64,000 nucleotides of DNA from Actinomycetes bacterium (GCA_035506535.1 DATJPE010000033.1:35506-99505), one strand, 5' to 3'; shown: positions 1 through 9,641, numbered from the stretch's first letter. Notes: generated by a model not told the origin, from the sequence alone. Numbers and translations: made by a program.

Positions 1-192
1 CACGTGCGTGTGCGCGTACCCGCCGATCTTCTGCCAGAGGGCGAGCAGGAGCATGACGATCGTGAACTCCTGCGCGAAGGAGCCCGTGTACTTGGCCCAG
101 CGGTTCGGGACGGGTCGGCTGGCGACCGCGATGACCGCCAGCAGGGCGGCGATGGTCACCGAGAGCTGGAAGCTCGGGCGCAGCTGCGGCAA
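1..192 (-). CDS. Membrane protein, N-terminal part only (runs off the window edge); resembles actinobacterial PAP2/AUR1-like phosphatase family N-termini
   Basis: Manual minus-strand translation LPQLRPSFQLSVTIAALLAVIAVASRPVPNRWAKYTGSFAQEFTIVMLLLALWQKIGGYAHTHV; TTG start at 192 preceded by GGAGGGG; two hydrophobic segments. Confidence 0.4.
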   Translation of the reverse strand, partial: MPQLRPSFQLSVTIAALLAVIAVASRPVPNRWAKYTGSFAQEFTIVMLLLALWQKIGGYAHTHV

Positions 193-222
193 CGACTCAC
201 CCCCTCCGGACGTCTGGCCAGA

Positions 223-753
223 CTAGACCGCGATCAGCGCGGCGAGCCTGGTCCGGTCGGAGCAGTACGTCAGCATCCGCTGGGCGTCGATGCGCACGTA
301 GCGAGCCATGGACGGCTCCGCGACCCACTCCTCCGGAGCGCTGCCCTGGTAGACCGCCTGCCAGTACGGCCGCACGCCGTCCGCCTCGGAGGTGCCCCCG
401 ACCACGACGTGAGCCGTCCCGTGAACCGTGATCGCGAGGTCGTCGCCGACGACGTGCGTCGCGCTCACCCCCGGCCGGCGCTCCAGGTGCCTGATCCGCC
501 AGGCATCCGAGGAGGTGGTGAACCAGAAGCGACCGTGCAGGAACAACCCGTCGACCGGCGCGACGCGTGGCTGCCCCGACGCGGTGACCGTCGCGACCGC
601 CAGGTGCTTGACCCCGGTCAGGTAGGCGGCCGCCTCCACCGCGCTGAGACGGCGCTCCGGGGTGATGATGTCGAGGGTCTGCGTTCCCGCGGCCGCGAAG
701 GAGGCGTCGATCAGGGCCTGCAGGGCGGCCAGCTCCTCAGGGCTCTCGTGCAT
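223..753 (-). CDS. Pyridoxamine 5'-phosphate oxidase-like (split-barrel FMN/F420-binding) protein
   Basis: LAVATVTASGQPRVAPV and RIRHLERRPGVS motifs typical of PNPOx-like proteins. Confidence 0.8.
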   Translation of the reverse strand: MHESPEELAALQALIDASFAAAGTQTLDIITPERRLSAVEAAAYLTGVKHLAVATVTASGQPRVAPVDGLFLHGRFWFTTSSDAWRIRHLERRPGVSATHVVGDDLAITVHGTAHVVVGGTSEADGVRPYWQAVYQGSAPEEWVAEPSMARYVRIDAQRMLTYCSDRTRLAALIAV

Positions 754-910
754 GTGCCCAGCCTGGCATCCACCAGCACGGACTACCTATCGGCAGGGAT
801 GGCAGCGGAGCGGGCAGTGCCCCGCCACGGTCGGGCGCCCCGTGGCTCTACGCTGATGACTGGAGCCAGGCGGCGAGGACGCGGGCCGGTGCGGAAGGGA
901 ATGCCTAGCG

Positions 911-3214
911 GTGACCATCGCACCTGAGACCCGAGTGGTCGAGTTGTCGGTGGGCGGGATGACCTGCGCCTCCTGCGCGGCCCGTGTGCAGAAGCGGCTG
1001 AACCGGGTCGAAGGGGTGCACGCCGCCGTCAGCTTCGCCAGCGAACGAGCCACGATCCAGGCGCCCTCGGAGCTGAGCGTCGCAGATCTCATCGCCCAGG
1101 TGGAGGCCGCGGGCTACAGCGCGGCGCCGGCGGGCGACTCCTCCGAGGAGGCTGACCACCGACGACTGCTCGACCTGCGGCGCCGGCTGGTCGTCGCGCT
1201 CGTCCTCACGATGCCGCTGGAGAATCTGTGCATCCTGTGGCCGATGGGACTCATCCCGCGGGTCGATCACTGGCAGCTGGTGCTCATCGCCCTGGCCACG
1301 CCGGTGGTGACCTGGTGCGCGTGGCCGTTCCACCGGGCCGCCTGGATCAATGCCCGGCACGGGGCGACCTCCATGGACACCCTGGTCTCCCTGGGCATCA
1401 TCGCCGCCAGCCTGTGGTCCCTCTACGCGATGTTCGCCCTCCCCTTCGACGGGCAGCGAAGCGGCGTCTCGCTGCTCTTCCGCGCGGGTGGCGGGCAGGT
1501 CTATGTCGGTGCCGCGGCTGGTGTCGCCACACTGCTCCTGATCGGCCGAGTCTACGAGGCCGGCGCCCGGCGAAGCGCACGCAGCGCACTTCGTTCGCTC
1601 GCGGCGCTGGGCGCGAAGGAAGCGACACTGCTGCTCCCGGACGACGCCGAACGACGCGTCCCGGCCGCCCTGCTGTCCTCGGGCGACCGCTTCCTCGTCC
1701 GCCCCGGCGAGACGATCGCGACGGACGGCGTGGTTGTCGCCGGATCGGCCGCGATCGACGCCTCGCAGATGACCGGCGAGTCGCGGCCGGTCCACGCGGT
1801 CGAGGGCGACGACGTGCTCGGCGGGACGACCGCTCTGGACGGTCGGCTGGTCATCGAGGCGCTACGTCCGGCAGCGGACAGCCACCTCGCCCAGATGGTC
1901 CACCTGGTCGAGCAGGCGCAGGCCGAGAAGTCCCATGCCCAACGGCTGGCCGACCGGGTGAGCGCGGTCCTCGTCCCTGCCGTCATCGTCGTGGCCGGCC
2001 TCACTCTCGTCGGCTGGCTCGCCCTCGGTGCCTCCACCGCCACCGCGGTGGGGGCCTCCATCGCCGTCCTTGTGGTGGCCTGCCCGTGCGCCCTGGGCCT
2101 CGCCACTCCGACCGCCCTCATGGTCTCAGCGGGCGCTGCCGCCGAGAACGGGGTCTTCGTCAAACGGCAGCAGGCCCTCGAGATGGCCACTGAGATCGAC
2201 ACCGTGGTGCTCGACAAGACGGGCACCGTCACGACGGGGCGTCTCGAGGTCGAAGCGGTGGGGGGCGGAGGGGGCACGAACGGCCCGGACCCCGGCTGGC
2301 TGCGGCTCGCCGGGGCGCTCGAGGCGGGCTCGGAGCATGCCGTGGGGACAGCGATCACGGCGCGAGCGCGTACCGCGTTCGGTAACCTCCCGGAGGTCCA
2401 GGACTTCGAGGCGCACCCGGGTATGGGAGCCACGGGCGCGGTGGAGGGCCACGCCGTCGCCGTGGGGAGCCCCACTTTCGTCGCCTCCCTGATCGGCGCG
2501 AGGGTCGTCGAGCCGATCGTGAGCTCGGTCGCAGCCGAGGAACGCTCGGGTCGGACGGTCGTGCTGGTCGCGGTCGATGGTCGCGTGTGCGGGTATCTCG
2601 CACTGACCGACCAGCTGCGCGACACCGCCGCAGCTGCCGTCACGGATCTCAAGCGCCTCGGTCTGCGCGTGCTCCTGGTCACGGGCGACAACCCCGGCGC
2701 CGCCCAGGGGGCCGCGGACCGGCTTGGCATCGACGAGGTTCGCTCACGTGTCCTCCCTGACGCAAAGGCCGAGCTCGTCCGGTCCCTTCAGGCCGAGGGG
2801 CATCGGGTCTGCTTCGTCGGGGACGGACTCAATGACGGTGCCGCGCTGGCCTGCGCGGACCTGGGCATGGCGATCGGGTCCGGCACCGACCTCGCCATCG
2901 ATGCCGCAGACGTCGTCCTCAGCCGCGACGACCTCGGCGTCGTCTCCACCGCGATCTCGCTGGCCAGGGCGACGGTGCGCACGATCCAGCAGAACCTCCG
3001 CTGGGCCGTCGGGTACAACCTCGTCGCGATCCCGTTCGCGATGCTGGGGTTCCTCAACCCGCTGCTCGCGGGCGCCGCCATGACGACGTCCTCGACCCTG
3101 GTGCTCTGGAACAGCCTGCGCCTGCACGAGCGATTCGCCCCGGCCTCCAACACCTACGCCGCCCGCCTGGCAGCGCTTGCACCGGGCACGGTGCCTGAGG
3201 TCGAAGCTCTCTGA
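911..3214 (+). CDS. copA: Cu(I)-translocating P1B-1 type ATPase
   Basis: N-terminal HMA GMTCASC, TGES, CPCALGLATP, DKTGT, GDGLND, TM YN and MxxSS Cu(I) signature. Confidence 0.93.
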   Translation: MTIAPETRVVELSVGGMTCASCAARVQKRLNRVEGVHAAVSFASERATIQAPSELSVADLIAQVEAAGYSAAPAGDSSEEADHRRLLDLRRRLVVALVLTMPLENLCILWPMGLIPRVDHWQLVLIALATPVVTWCAWPFHRAAWINARHGATSMDTLVSLGIIAASLWSLYAMFALPFDGQRSGVSLLFRAGGGQVYVGAAAGVATLLLIGRVYEAGARRSARSALRSLAALGAKEATLLLPDDAERRVPAALLSSGDRFLVRPGETIATDGVVVAGSAAIDASQMTGESRPVHAVEGDDVLGGTTALDGRLVIEALRPAADSHLAQMVHLVEQAQAEKSHAQRLADRVSAVLVPAVIVVAGLTLVGWLALGASTATAVGASIAVLVVACPCALGLATPTALMVSAGAAAENGVFVKRQQALEMATEIDTVVLDKTGTVTTGRLEVEAVGGGGGTNGPDPGWLRLAGALEAGSEHAVGTAITARARTAFGNLPEVQDFEAHPGMGATGAVEGHAVAVGSPTFVASLIGARVVEPIVSSVAAEERSGRTVVLVAVDGRVCGYLALTDQLRDTAAAAVTDLKRLGLRVLLVTGDNPGAAQGAADRLGIDEVRSRVLPDAKAELVRSLQAEGHRVCFVGDGLNDGAALACADLGMAIGSGTDLAIDAADVVLSRDDLGVVSTAISLARATVRTIQQNLRWAVGYNLVAIPFAMLGFLNPLLAGAAMTTSSTLVLWNSLRLHERFAPASNTYAARLAALAPGTVPEVEAL

Positions 3215-3228
3215 CGCGACGGGGAGCT

Positions 3229-4041
3229 TCACGGACCGGACGCGTGCGCAGCGCGGGTCACCCTCGGGCGGCCGGTGCTGTCGCGGAACTCCGCGTCTGC
3301 CATGGCAGCCAGCCAGTCGGTGACGGCGCCCACCTGGCTGGATGCCCTGACCACCACCGGACACCCGGGACAGGCATGAGGCGAGGGCGTGGAGTTCAGC
3401 ACGCAGCACAGGCTCCGGGCCGGCACCACCACGACAGCACCGTCGTCCGGTCGGCAGTGCAGGTACCGACCCCTGACTCCAGCCCCCAGGGCGCTGGAGA
3501 TCGCCGTCGACGCTTGCTGGAGCCAGTCCAGGTCGTCGCTGCGCCCCGAGGAGCGTGCGGCCCGGAACATGCCGGCGATGGCCGACTCCGCCGCGATCGT
3601 GGCGACCGCCCGTTCGTGGATGCGAGAACCTGCCGTGGTGGACGCGGCGACCGGTCGGAGCAGCCCGCCGATCCACGCGCCGACCGCCTCAGGCCCCGGA
3701 GGGTCATCCACCCGGGCGTCGCGCGCCAGCCAGAGTTCCTGGACCTCACCCACGGAGTCCACCACGAGGCCGAGTTGGTGAACTTGGACCTGGACCCAGA
3801 CCCCGTCCTGGAAGAGCGGTCGTGCCAGAAGTTCGATCACCGCCCAGTTCGCGAGATGCAGCGGTGTCAGCTGCAACGACCGGCGCGACAGGTCGAGGCC
3901 CGACATGCTGGACATGATCCACTCGTAGCCCCGACCGGCCACAATGTCGCCAAGCGTGATCGTGCCTGGCCTCGCGGGACCGATGCCCACCGGCGGAACG
4001 AGTCCCTCCCACGCGGTCACGCCACTGAGGTCACCCGGCAT
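3229..4041 (-). CDS. FhuF-like ferric-siderophore/metal-chelate reductase with [2Fe-2S] motif
   Basis: C-terminal CC-x10-C-x2-C (CCVLNSTPSPHACPGC); overlaps the ABC ATPase stop. Confidence 0.7.
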   Translation of the reverse strand: MPGDLSGVTAWEGLVPPVGIGPARPGTITLGDIVAGRGYEWIMSSMSGLDLSRRSLQLTPLHLANWAVIELLARPLFQDGVWVQVQVHQLGLVVDSVGEVQELWLARDARVDDPPGPEAVGAWIGGLLRPVAASTTAGSRIHERAVATIAAESAIAGMFRAARSSGRSDDLDWLQQASTAISSALGAGVRGRYLHCRPDDGAVVVVPARSLCCVLNSTPSPHACPGCPVVVRASSQVGAVTDWLAAMADAEFRDSTGRPRVTRAAHASGP

Positions 4042-4876
4042 CGGCAGGCCCTCCGCGCTCGAAGATCAGGTGGGGTCGTCCGGTCACGGGGTGCGCTACG
4101 ACATGGGACCTGACCTGGAAGACGCGGTCGATCACCGAGGGGTCCAGGGCGTCCTCGGGGGCGCCGCCGGCGACGATCGCTCCCTCCGCGATGACGTAGA
4201 CCCGGTCGCACCAGGCCCCGGCCAGGTTGAGGTCGTGAAAGGCGGCGATCACGGTCATGCCCAGCGAACGAACGTGGTGAAGCACATCGAGCTGGTAGCG
4301 GATGTCCAGGTGGTTGGTCGGCTCGTCCAGGATCAGCACGCGGGACTCCTGGACCAGCGCTCTGGCGATCAGGGTGCGCTGGCGCTCTCCTCCCGACAAC
4401 TGGTTGAACCGACGATGCGCGAGGTGAGCGAGGCCGAGGGTGTCGAGGGCGGTGAGTACCAGCTCCCGGTCGCGCTCGCCCTCGCGCTCGAAGCCTCGCA
4501 GGTGCGGAAGCCGGCCCAGAGCGGCGACCTCGGCCGCCGTGAAGTCGAAGTCACTCGGCATGTCCTGCGCGACCGCGGCGATGCTCCGCGCGGACTCCCG
4601 GGCGGTGAGCTTCCAGATGTCCTTGTGATCCATCCAGACCGCACCCTCGCTGGGACGGAGGGCGCGGTAGCAGGACCGCAGGACCGTCGTCTTGCCGCTT
4701 CCGTTGGGACCCACCAGTCCGACCATGGCCGCCGCCGGGATGTCCAGGTCCACCCCGTGCGCGATCTCGACGTCACCGATCTCGATGTGCAGTCCCTCGA
4801 TCGACAGCCTTGGGGGGCTGATGGCGCTCAAGGGAGAGGCGCGACCGTCCGCGTCGCCGACGACCCGGCTCATCAC
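4031..4876 (-). CDS. Metal-chelate ABC transporter ATP-binding protein (FecE/BtuD-like)
   Basis: GPNGSGKT Walker A, LSGGERQR signature, LILDEPTNHLD Walker B, FHDLNLA. Confidence 0.92.
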   Translation of the reverse strand: MMSRVVGDADGRASPLSAISPPRLSIEGLHIEIGDVEIAHGVDLDIPAAAMVGLVGPNGSGKTTVLRSCYRALRPSEGAVWMDHKDIWKLTARESARSIAAVAQDMPSDFDFTAAEVAALGRLPHLRGFEREGERDRELVLTALDTLGLAHLAHRRFNQLSGGERQRTLIARALVQESRVLILDEPTNHLDIRYQLDVLHHVRSLGMTVIAAFHDLNLAGAWCDRVYVIAEGAIVAGGAPEDALDPSVIDRVFQVRSHVVAHPVTGRPHLIFERGGPADAG

Positions 4877-5967
4877 CCGTCGATGTCCTGCCGTCGCAGC
4901 AGCCAGAGGAAGAACGGGGCACCGATGATCGCGGTCAGGACGCCGACATTGATCTCGTCCGGTGCGAAGATCACCCGGCCTATCAGGTCCACGGCCATGA
5001 GGTACAGGCCCCCGAGGAGCGCCACGGCGGGCAACAACCGGGTGTGCTCGGCACCGAAGACCATGCGACCGACGTGAGGGACGACGAGGCCGACGAAGCC
5101 GATCGGGCCGACCAGCGATACCACGACCGCCACGGCCAGGGACGTGATGACGAGCAGTCTGATCCTGAGCCGGTCCGGGTCCAGGCCGACCGCGGCGGAG
5201 GTCTCATCCCCCATCGCCAACCCGTTCAGCGACCGGCTGTGGAAGCGCAAGGCGGCGGCGACGAGCGCCAGCATCACGAACGCGACCGGGATCTGGTCCC
5301 ATTGCGCCGAGGCCAGGCTCCCCAGGGTCCACTCCTGCTGCGTCTCGGTGGAGTTGATGTCCGGGTTGAGCGTGCTGAAGAACTCGGTGATACCGGCGAG
5401 GGCGAAGGAGACGGCCACGCCCGCGAGCAGCAGCCGTGTGGAGCTCACCCGGCCACGGCGCCGGGCCAGCGCGAAGACGAGCCCCAAAGTGGCCACCGCG
5501 CCGAGGAAGGCCGCCACGGCCGGTGGGAAGACCCTCGACCCAGTCACGAGTGCGACGTAGAAGACGATCACGACAGCCGCCGACGCACCCGACTCGATCC
5601 CCAGGATGTACGGGTCGGCGATCGGGTTGCGTACCAGCGCCTGGACGGCCACCCCGACCAGGGCGAGCGCCCCACCGACGATGAACCCGAGCGCGACCCT
5701 CGGGGCACGGATGAGCCAGATGATGGAGTCGTCCGGCGAGGCAGTGGTCTTCGCGCCCACGATGTGATGGAAGATGATCGACCAGACCTGGCCCGCGGGG
5801 ACGCGGACCTGCCCGTAGGTCATACCGAGGGTGGCGACCAGGACGGTCAGGAGGGCGACCAGCGCCATCCGGACCGCGTACCGTCGGCGCAGCCTTGCCC
5901 CCTCGTGGCGCGCGGAGTCGACGGGGAGCGCACCGGCGGCGGTCGATGCGATGGACAGAGGGGGCAT
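4873..5967 (-). CDS. FecCD/BtuC-family ABC permease
   Basis: IRAPRV, RNPIADPYILG, LAMGDETSAAVG, GPIGFVGLVVPH. Confidence 0.92.
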   Translation of the reverse strand: MPPLSIASTAAGALPVDSARHEGARLRRRYAVRMALVALLTVLVATLGMTYGQVRVPAGQVWSIIFHHIVGAKTTASPDDSIIWLIRAPRVALGFIVGGALALVGVAVQALVRNPIADPYILGIESGASAAVVIVFYVALVTGSRVFPPAVAAFLGAVATLGLVFALARRRGRVSSTRLLLAGVAVSFALAGITEFFSTLNPDINSTETQQEWTLGSLASAQWDQIPVAFVMLALVAAALRFHSRSLNGLAMGDETSAAVGLDPDRLRIRLLVITSLAVAVVVSLVGPIGFVGLVVPHVGRMVFGAEHTRLLPAVALLGGLYLMAVDLIGRVIFAPDEINVGVLTAIIGAPFFLWLLRRQDIDG

Positions 5968-5980
5968 CAGGCGGCGACCT

Positions 5981-7093
5981 CTACAGCTTGCCTTCGCTCT
6001 TGAGGCGGATGAGGCCGTCCACGAGCAGCCTCACCGCGTCGACGGCACGGGGGGAGCCGGCGGCGGCGAAGTAGGAGATGGGCACGTAGGCCTGGTTCTT
6101 GACGGCCTCGACCGTTCTAAGCTGCGGGTCCGACTGCAGGAAGTGCTCCATCTGGGAGACGGTGAATCCACTGTCGGTGACGAGCCAGAACACGTCCGGA
6201 TCCGTCTTGACCACCTGTTCCCAGCTCACGTTCACGTTGGGATTCGTGTCGTACTCGCGGAAGGCGTACGTCGAGCCGGCCTCAGTGATGATCGCGTTCG
6301 CCGTCGTCACCCCGAGAGTGCCGGGAGAGGATGTCATTCCGTTCGCCTCCCCGATCCGGTAGCTCCCCAGCCCCGCTCTCTTGGCCAGCGCGTGATCCTG
6401 AGCCAGCTGCGCCTGGAGGCTTGCGATCAACGCAGCCGCCCTGGCCTGGACGTTGAAGATGACGCCGAGGTTGCGGATGTCGGAGTAGAGCTGGTTGAAG
6501 TCGTACAGCGGCCGGGAGCTGTACTGACCGCAGTCCGACAGCGTCTCGTAGCTGGCGACTCCCAACGCGTTCCAACGCTGCGGCGTGGCTGGGCCGATGC
6601 CCTTGGTGAAGGCGCTCGGGAAGTCCGAGACGACGATGTCCGGGCGCAACGCCACGATCGACTCCAGCGAGGGGTAGGCGTCCCCATAGCTCAGCCCGCT
6701 CAGGGTGGCGACGACCTGGGCGTCCCGGGACCACTCCTGCTCGGGCGTCTCGAACTTCGTGACCGCCACGATCCTGCTCGTCAGGCCGAGGGCGACCAGC
6801 GTGTCGGTGGCGCTGTCGTCGAGAGTGACGATCCGCTGCGGCGCCGACTGGTAGGTCTGAGTACCGTTGCAGTCTCGCACGGTCACCGGATAGCGAGTCT
6901 GGCTCGAGGGAACGGGCGCCCTCGTCGCCTCCGTGACGCCCACGCTGGACGACTCGTCAGCCCTGCCGGCACCGCAGCCCGCGGACAGCACGGCCAGTCC
7001 GATGACGACGGCTGCCATCCGGATTCCTGGCAGGAGGCGACGGCGAAGGTGCCGATGGCGCCCGACAGACCCCTTCCCCTCCAGCGTCAGCAC
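5981..7093 (-). CDS. Metal-chelate-binding lipoprotein (class III helical-backbone SBP)
   Basis: Lipobox LSAG-C, YPVTVRDCNG..APQRIVTL, SLESIVALRPDIV; GAGGAG RBS before GTG 7093; RRRLL may be a Tat motif. Confidence 0.88.
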   Translation of the reverse strand: MLTLEGKGSVGRHRHLRRRLLPGIRMAAVVIGLAVLSAGCGAGRADESSSVGVTEATRAPVPSSQTRYPVTVRDCNGTQTYQSAPQRIVTLDDSATDTLVALGLTSRIVAVTKFETPEQEWSRDAQVVATLSGLSYGDAYPSLESIVALRPDIVVSDFPSAFTKGIGPATPQRWNALGVASYETLSDCGQYSSRPLYDFNQLYSDIRNLGVIFNVQARAAALIASLQAQLAQDHALAKRAGLGSYRIGEANGMTSSPGTLGVTTANAIITEAGSTYAFREYDTNPNVNVSWEQVVKTDPDVFWLVTDSGFTVSQMEHFLQSDPQLRTVEAVKNQAYVPISYFAAAGSPRAVDAVRLLVDGLIRLKSEGKL

Positions 7094-7136
7094 GGCTGCT
7101 CCTCACATTCGGTTGGGGTCGAGGCATGGGGCCGAT

Positions 7137-7180
7137 CTTCTACATGATGTAGAGGAGACTACCTTCTACATCGTGTAGAG
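7137..7180. promoter_or_regulatory. Two tandem palindromic operators, TCTACATGATGTAGA (7139-7153) and TCTACATCGTGTAGA (7165-7179), with overlapping divergent -10 boxes between them
   Basis: 18-bp direct repeat CTTCTACATnnTGTAGAG with centres 26 bp apart; minus-strand TAGTCT (7161-7156) and plus-strand TACCTT (7160-7165). Confidence 0.75.
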
Positions 7181-7226
7181 CGCTGGCGCCCGCCGCGTCC
7201 CACGTCCACCTCGACGAGGAGTCCCC

Positions 7227-8873
7227 ATGCCGGATGCGCTGCGCGTGAGCCGCATCCTCATGGCGTCGACGGCTCTCGCTGCCGCCTCGCTGGTCCAGGT
7301 CGCGGTCGCGGCTCCGGCGAGTGCACACGCGACCGTCGTGTCCAGCTCCCCCGCCGACGGGGCACGGCTGGCCCGCTCCCCCGCCGACGTCTCGATCACC
7401 TTCGACGAGCCGGTCAGCCTCGGGTCGACCACCTACCTGCGAGTGGTGAACAGCTCGGGCAGGCGCGTCGACTCCTCAGTGGCGTCCCATCCCGGTGGTC
7501 AAGGCCGCGTCGTCGCGGTCACCCTCCGTCCCGACCTTCCGCCAGACGTGTACGTCGCGAGCTGGCGGGTCATCTCCGCCGACTCGCACCCGGTCGCCGG
7601 GACCATCCGCTTCGCGGTCGGTGACGCAGTTCTGACGCCACTCACGACCTCCGTCCAGGTTGTGGACCGGGTGACGAGCACGGCGATGGCGGTCGCCAGG
7701 TTCACCGGCTTCGCCGGGTTGACCCTTCTCGGCGGGCTGTGGGTGGTGCTCGTGAGCTGGCCGGCAGGTCGCCGCGACCGACGGGCGCGTCTGCTCCTCT
7801 GGACCGGCTGGGGACTCGCGCTGGGGGGCACGGTGGGTGCGTTCCTGATGCAGGGTCCCTATGTTGCGGGCTCCGGGGTGGCCACGCTCGTGCGCCCTGA
7901 CGTCCTCAGCTCCACCTTCCACACAGACTACGGTCAGCTGGCCCTCGCTCGCGTGGGCTCACTCGTGGTCCTCGCGCTGGTGATGGACGCCGTGCTGAGA
8001 GGAGCGCCGACCGCCGACCGTTACCCGGCCGCCGTGCTGAGTGCGTGTGCACTCGCCGTCGCCCTGACCTACTCGGGCGCCGGACATCCCCGTACGACCC
8101 CGCCCTCGTGGATGTCAGTCGCCCTCGACTCGGCTCACCTCCTGTCGGTGTGCGCATGGCTCGGCGGTCTGGCCATGCTCGTGGTGGCGGTCCTCCCGAG
8201 ACGGTCCCCCGAACTGGTGACCGTGGTCCTGCCTGCCGTCTCGAACGTGGCGACGGTCGCCGTCGTGGTGATCGCGGTGTCCGGCGCCTATGCAGCCTTC
8301 CGCGGGGTCGGCACGCTGCAGGCGCTGACGTCCACCTATGCCCTTCTCGTCGCGGGCAAGGTCCTGCTCTTCGGCGGGCTCCTGGGCATCGGGGCGTGCA
8401 GCCGAGCCTGTGTCCGCCGCCTGGCGGCGACGAGCCGCCGCCCCGACCGCCTCCGTCACCTGGTGACGGCCGAGCTCAGCGTCGCCACAGTGGTGCTCGC
8501 CCTCACCTCGGTTCTCGTCGCGCAGCCCCGCGGCCCGGAGGCCGTGGCCACCGAACAGTCCCGGCCGGTCTCCGCGCAGGCAACTCTCGGGCCCGGTCGC
8601 TCGGTACGGGTGATAGTCGAACCCGGACGGCACGGCGTGGTCGCCGTGTTCGTCACGGTGACGGGCGAAGTTGCGCGCCGGATCACGGTCGATGCGTCGC
8701 TGCCGCGTCAGGAGCTCGGCCCGATCCCTGTCCCGCTCGTGCCCGACGGCCCACACCGGTACTCAGCCAGCGGTGTCCTGCTGCCCCATGCCGGCGTCTG
8801 GCGATTCACGGTGGTTGTCGGCACCTCGGAGTTCGACGCCACGACCACAGCGGTATCGATCCACCTGCACTGA
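7227..8873 (+). CDS. CopC-CopD fusion copper uptake protein (YcnJ-like)
   Basis: Signal peptide ending ASA-H (HATVVSSSP), WRVISADSHP CopC site, multi-TM CopD domain (HLLSVCAWLGGL), C-terminal extracytoplasmic domain. Confidence 0.9.
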   Translation: MPDALRVSRILMASTALAAASLVQVAVAAPASAHATVVSSSPADGARLARSPADVSITFDEPVSLGSTTYLRVVNSSGRRVDSSVASHPGGQGRVVAVTLRPDLPPDVYVASWRVISADSHPVAGTIRFAVGDAVLTPLTTSVQVVDRVTSTAMAVARFTGFAGLTLLGGLWVVLVSWPAGRRDRRARLLLWTGWGLALGGTVGAFLMQGPYVAGSGVATLVRPDVLSSTFHTDYGQLALARVGSLVVLALVMDAVLRGAPTADRYPAAVLSACALAVALTYSGAGHPRTTPPSWMSVALDSAHLLSVCAWLGGLAMLVVAVLPRRSPELVTVVLPAVSNVATVAVVVIAVSGAYAAFRGVGTLQALTSTYALLVAGKVLLFGGLLGIGACSRACVRRLAATSRRPDRLRHLVTAELSVATVVLALTSVLVAQPRGPEAVATEQSRPVSAQATLGPGRSVRVIVEPGRHGVVAVFVTVTGEVARRITVDASLPRQELGPIPVPLVPDGPHRYSASGVLLPHAGVWRFTVVVGTSEFDATTTAVSIHLH

Positions 8874-8884
8874 AGGGAACCTGC

Positions 8885-9637
8885 ATGATCCACATCACGC
8901 CACGACGTGCTGCTCTCGTCGCCACGATCACGGCCGCGATCGTCGTGCTGCCGGCCGTGGCAGCTTCCGCCCATGTCACGGTCAGCGCGCCCGGAGCGAC
9001 CCAGGGGGGAACCGACCAGGAGATCACGTTCCGGGTACCGGTGGAGAAGGACGTGGACACCGTGGGGCTCAAGGTCGCCCTTCCGACGGATACACCGATC
9101 GCCGACATCCTCGTGGAGCCCGTCCCCGGCTGGACTCACACGGAGAAGACCATCACCTTGAAGACTCCCATCGTCACTGACGACGGCAACATCACCGAGG
9201 CCGTCTCCGAGGTGGACTGGGCAGCCACGCCCGGACACGGCCTGACGCCAGGCGAGTTCGGCGCGTTCACGGTGATCGCCGGCCTGCTGCCGAAGACCCC
9301 GACGTTGACCTTCAAGGCGATCCAGGTCTACGCCGACGGGTCGCAGGTCGACTGGACACAGACTGAAGCTCCGGGGAGCACGGCAGAGCTGGACAACCCG
9401 GCTCCCGTGCTGGCCCTCGCCCCCGCGGCCACGACCAGTGGCTCGACGACGTCCTCCGCGAGCCCGCTGGCATCCGAAGCGGCGTCTTCCGAGGCCTCGA
9501 CCGGAGCGGCTTCCTCCGGCGGCAGCGGGTCCTCCAGCACGTCGACGTGGGCACTGGTGCTCAGCGTTCTCGCCCTGGTCGCAGCGCTCGCCGCACTGGG
9601 GGTGGTGGCCGCCAGGACCCGGGCACGGCGAGCGTGA
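8885..9637 (+). CDS. ycnI: YcnI-family (DUF1775) copper-binding membrane protein
   Basis: ASA-HVTV, FRVPVE, VEPVPGW, FKAIQVYADG..VDW, C-terminal TM; ATG 8885 after AAGGGA. Confidence 0.88.
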   Translation: MIHITPRRAALVATITAAIVVLPAVAASAHVTVSAPGATQGGTDQEITFRVPVEKDVDTVGLKVALPTDTPIADILVEPVPGWTHTEKTITLKTPIVTDDGNITEAVSEVDWAATPGHGLTPGEFGAFTVIAGLLPKTPTLTFKAIQVYADGSQVDWTQTEAPGSTAELDNPAPVLALAPAATTSGSTTSSASPLASEAASSEASTGAASSGGSGSSSTSTWALVLSVLALVAALAALGVVAARTRARRA

Positions 9638-9641
9638 ACCG

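Noticed and set aside
4-927. Many long alternative-frame ORFs in the track (e.g. 4..927, 8045..9637 upstream part, 11501..13498, 33613..36399, 48919..50829)
   Set aside because: Arg/Gly/Pro-rich shadow frames of real high-GC genes on the opposite strand or in another frame; no motifs
7139-7179. Tandem palindromes as a mini-CRISPR or a canonical cop box
   Set aside because: Only two units with a very short gap and no cas genes; the cop box has a 2-nt spacer, not 3
7094-7226. Cobalamin riboswitch or IdeR/DtxR box upstream of the ABC importer
   Set aside because: The gap is only 133 bp, has no B12-box core and no TTAGGTTAGGCTAACCTAA-like site
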